Positions 60,678-64,000 of a stretch of DNA of 64,000 nt are shown here, one piece after another. Every line of letters starts with the position of its first letter. The stretch's first letter is position 1. Location: assembly GCA_964035545.1 (NCBI GenBank), contig OZ037773.1, positions 6,973,751 through 7,037,750 of the forward strand. Reading direction: 5' to 3'. The stretch comes from Bugula neritina (taxonomy: Eukaryota > Animalia > Bryozoa). Position numbers and translations under genes: made by a program. Under the pieces are notes generated by a model. That model was not told the DNA's origin and did no database searches. It was given only the letters and a program-made list of their open reading frames with translations.

Positions 60678-63600
60678 CTAAGGCTTCAGGAGATCTGATT
60701 GCAGCTTGTCAAGTCTCCGTTTAGCATCAACAGTTAACTTGTGGGCGTGGCCAAACTCATTCTGGTATACTAAAAGAGTGTAATTAGAATTCAATGCAAA
60801 AAGGTGTAAAATTTTTACAATTCAAAATATACAATAATTTTTCGAATTATCAGAACAATATATAAATTAACCAAGAGAGCTGTTACCATGCCTATAAGAG
60901 GACTACTGGCTAAATTGTATAACATATCAAGATTATCAAAAAATTTATATATGGTAAAAATGTTTTACTACTTTTGAAGCTTATGATAAATATATAGTTT
61001 ATTTAATTTAAAAACTCGTGTGCAAAAATGAGTGAAACTTTTCACAATGCAGAATATAAAACAACTCACAACAATATATATATATTAACCAAAAGAGCTG
61101 TTATAATGCCAAAAAGTAGATTCGCTAGATTATATTACGTGTTATTAAAAATAAATATTCTATTACTTTTTATGCTTATAATAAACATAATTTGTATTTG
61201 AAATCTCCTGTAAACTAACCCTTTGCAACATCTTGCAACACTGCTAGCGCCTCCTCCTTAATAGCCCAGATAATAGGCATAGGTAGCTGCAATGTCAACC
61301 AATCATGTAACTCATAGAATGACCTAATTACAAAGTAATAAGAGAGATTGCGCAATATAATATTTCTATAATCAATATTAGAGTAGCATATGAATGTCAT
61401 AAGAATGGTAAAGACTGACAAAATATGTAAAAAGAGAGCACATCTACCATATCAGTAAATTATCTTCTCAGATAAACTGTTCATGAACATTGTTTTATAA
61501 AAACATGAAGCCTGATGTGACTTTTACGGTGAGTTAACCATGAAAATTTCTAAAATGCATAAAATTCTCATCCACTATACCATTCTATACAATCTGCGGA
61601 CTATAAATTTTCTACATCTACTAAAAATAGTAATTATCCGAAAGAGCTAAAGCTACAGAACCAACAAGAGCCACACTGATACAAGTGACACACTGATACA
61701 AGTGACACACTGATACAAGTGACACATTGGGCAGTGACACATTGATAAAAGTGACAGGCTCACACAGGTGATATATTGATACAAGTGACAGGTTGACACG
61801 CTTAACAGGTTGATACAGGTGACGGGTTGACACAGGTGATAACAAGGCAACTAACTAACTGTAATCATGGCTTGCTCCTTGTGTTTCAGAATTGCTTTCT
61901 TCTGCACTTCGTTGGCAGCGAAGTGCTCAGCAGCGATGATGTTCTTCCTCTGTGCTGCCTGAGACCTCCACTTCACCACCACTCTCTTCAGTATATCAAA
62001 CAGCAGGATATGTTGAGGAGTTATCTCCTCCCCAAATAGCGACTGCATGGCTACAGAGAAACAGGAACTAGTGGCAGTTGTATGCTTTCATGAAACTAGG
62101 AAGTTTTTGTATATCGAGATTGACGGACTGCGGCAATAAAATTATTAAATCTGCAATGAGCCACATTTAGTGCTACTAAAATTTTAATATTTTTAAAGCA
62201 AGTCAAATATATTAGTTTCCATGTAGTATATATACATCAAGTGCAAAATTTAATAGGTCTATGCACATAAAAAATTACATAGTTATGTCTCAAAGCTAAA
62301 GTTGCCTAGTGACAAATTCGGTTGGAACTATAATCAATTTATAGCAGAAGTTGACAAATGATAGAAAACGATTTACCTACTTATACAGGTTTGCATATAA
62401 TTTAGCCAGAAAATACAATGGAAATACTTTATACACAAAGAAAGCATATAACATTCACATTGCAAATTATGTATGGATTCATATTTTAACATCTCATAAC
62501 TGTTAATTGAAAGCTATTAGTAGCAGCACGAATTCACCTACCAGAGTGCTCTTGCTGGCTGGCGGTAATATTTAGCGCAGTGTTGGACACGGATTTAGCT
62601 GTGTTAGGAACCATTGATAGGAGTTTACCCATGTGTTTGTCTGATGTTTCAGTTCTAATGGCAGAGGAGATGCAATAAATTACTGATTCACAATTATGTT
62701 TATATATAAACTATAAAGTATATAAAGCATTATATTATAGAATATATATAGTGCCACATATCGTAAATAGCACCACAAAGAAAGGGCATTGATATATACA
62801 ACATGTACTCCTACTTCAAATTGTTGAAAGCTTTCAAGGTCATCAGAGCTGTGGTACTTTTGCCTAGTGGTTTATATCTCCCTTGCCAATTCATAGGAAC
62901 ACCGTCAACTTCTACACTAGCTGAACTACCTTTAATCTGTTTTGACTTTACCATATTCTATTTCACAGCATGGAAATACAAATTAAAAGTTTATTATCAT
63001 ACCATATGCCATTATGTGTAAATTTTGCATCTGATTAAAACTATGTATGTATGTGTGTGTAGAGTTGGGTAAAAATGGTGTATAAGATCAACTCAAATTT
63101 AATCATAGCACTTTAAATAATGTTTTTAATAAAACTAAAATCAAGCCAGACTACGTAAACAACCAGTACAAGTTTAATTAATGGCTAAAGATTCATCACA
63201 ATATCTTTCAACAAAAATCAAATACACTAAATGGGTGACATGGTATTGAGTAGACCTATCAGTTTCATAATGTTTAGTACACCAGTATTAAGTATGTTAG
63301 CCTCATTTCTTAGAGTTATTGAAAATTTGGTTTAAAAGTTATTAAAATAATAGATTATATCTATTATAAATTCTGTTGACCATCATTTCCAGTCATTACA
63401 TTATACTATGCAGCACTGAAGTAGTATTGCACTTTTATCATAATCAACGCAGCTTCACAACATGCATATAAAATTTTAGCTCAGGATTTCAATAATGCTT
63501 ATTTAGATGGAGTTGTGGTGTTCAACATGACATTTAAGATATTATAAATGCCTACCGCTGCCTCCACAGTTCCAAGCATTTTTGGCTTGAGAGAAGCAGT

Positions 63601-63701
63601 GGGACTGAGTCGCTGCTCGGGATCTCGAACCGACACAGAGATTGCTGACAGAACTTTTTGGGCAACAGCAACGGATGACTCATCTTTAAGGGAAATGTTT
63701 C
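60678..63701 (-). CDS. Uncharacterised protein, 5'-partial, with SFI1-like (centrin-binding type) Trp repeats
   Basis: Phase-consistent exons 63701-63556, 62654-62542, 62050-61860, 61286-61220, 60769-60678 (stop). Encodes ..QKCLELWRQR..ILKRVVVKWRSQAAQRKNIIAAEHFAANEVQKKAILKHK..DKLQSDLLKP*. The gene model is better supported than the family call. Confidence 0.65.
61670..61840. repeat. 17-bp minisatellite (gtgacacactgatacaa)
   Basis: Decaying copies adjacent to a donor of the minus-strand gene. Confidence 0.8.
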
Positions 63702-64000
63702 CTGGAAAATTGCATACGTTTGGTAAGCAAAGGCAGATGCAAGTAGGCAGAGGTAAGCAAAGGCACATTAATAGACTTATTTCGTTATAGAGCTTGATAC
63801 ATTTAGCATAATGTTACATATTTGATGTTTAGAAGAAACTTGGAGCATATTGTGAATTTAAGCGTTTCAGAGCAAAATCTGAAGATTTTATTATACTAAA
63901 ACGAATATAAAGATCTATGCTGATGGTTATGCTTATAAATATACGGAGTAGAATAATTATTAAATATTTGCAATTAAAAATTAATAAATTGAAAACCATT

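Noticed and set aside
60795-61205. Diverged ~220-bp direct duplication
   Set aside because: Real but purely intronic and AT-rich; no duplicated exon was recognisable.
63548-63790. Plus-strand 80-aa ORF
   Set aside because: Antisense to a spliced exon of the minus-strand gene, with no independent support.

Overview
AT-rich, intron-rich invertebrate (metazoan) nuclear DNA, not prokaryotic, so most entries in the six-frame ORF track are intron noise or exon fragments. Splicing GT-AG exons by hand gives seven genes. (1) A divergent ACSF2-like acyl-CoA synthetase (minus strand, runs off the window start). (2) A small secreted two-TSP1-repeat protein. (3) An intact 8-exon opsin of about 373 aa with the retinal-binding Lys and atypical motifs. 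(4) A RabX1-like Rab5-supergroup GTPase. (5) Ena/VASP, with a canonical ATGAG micro first exon, a 13.8-kb first intron and a candidate alternative long first exon. (6) A 4-TM MARVEL protein. (7) The 3' part of an uncharacterised minus-strand gene with SFI1-like repeats. Introns carry many minisatellites, a palindromic MITE with a 4-bp TSD and tRNA-derived SINE heads. The most unusual signal is in Ena: the 3' splice site of the proline-rich exon has expanded into a 30-bp tandem array, giving 11 in-frame acceptors, each followed directly by GT. Repeats or duplications at splice junctions recur in several other genes. All gene models are manual and have no transcript support.
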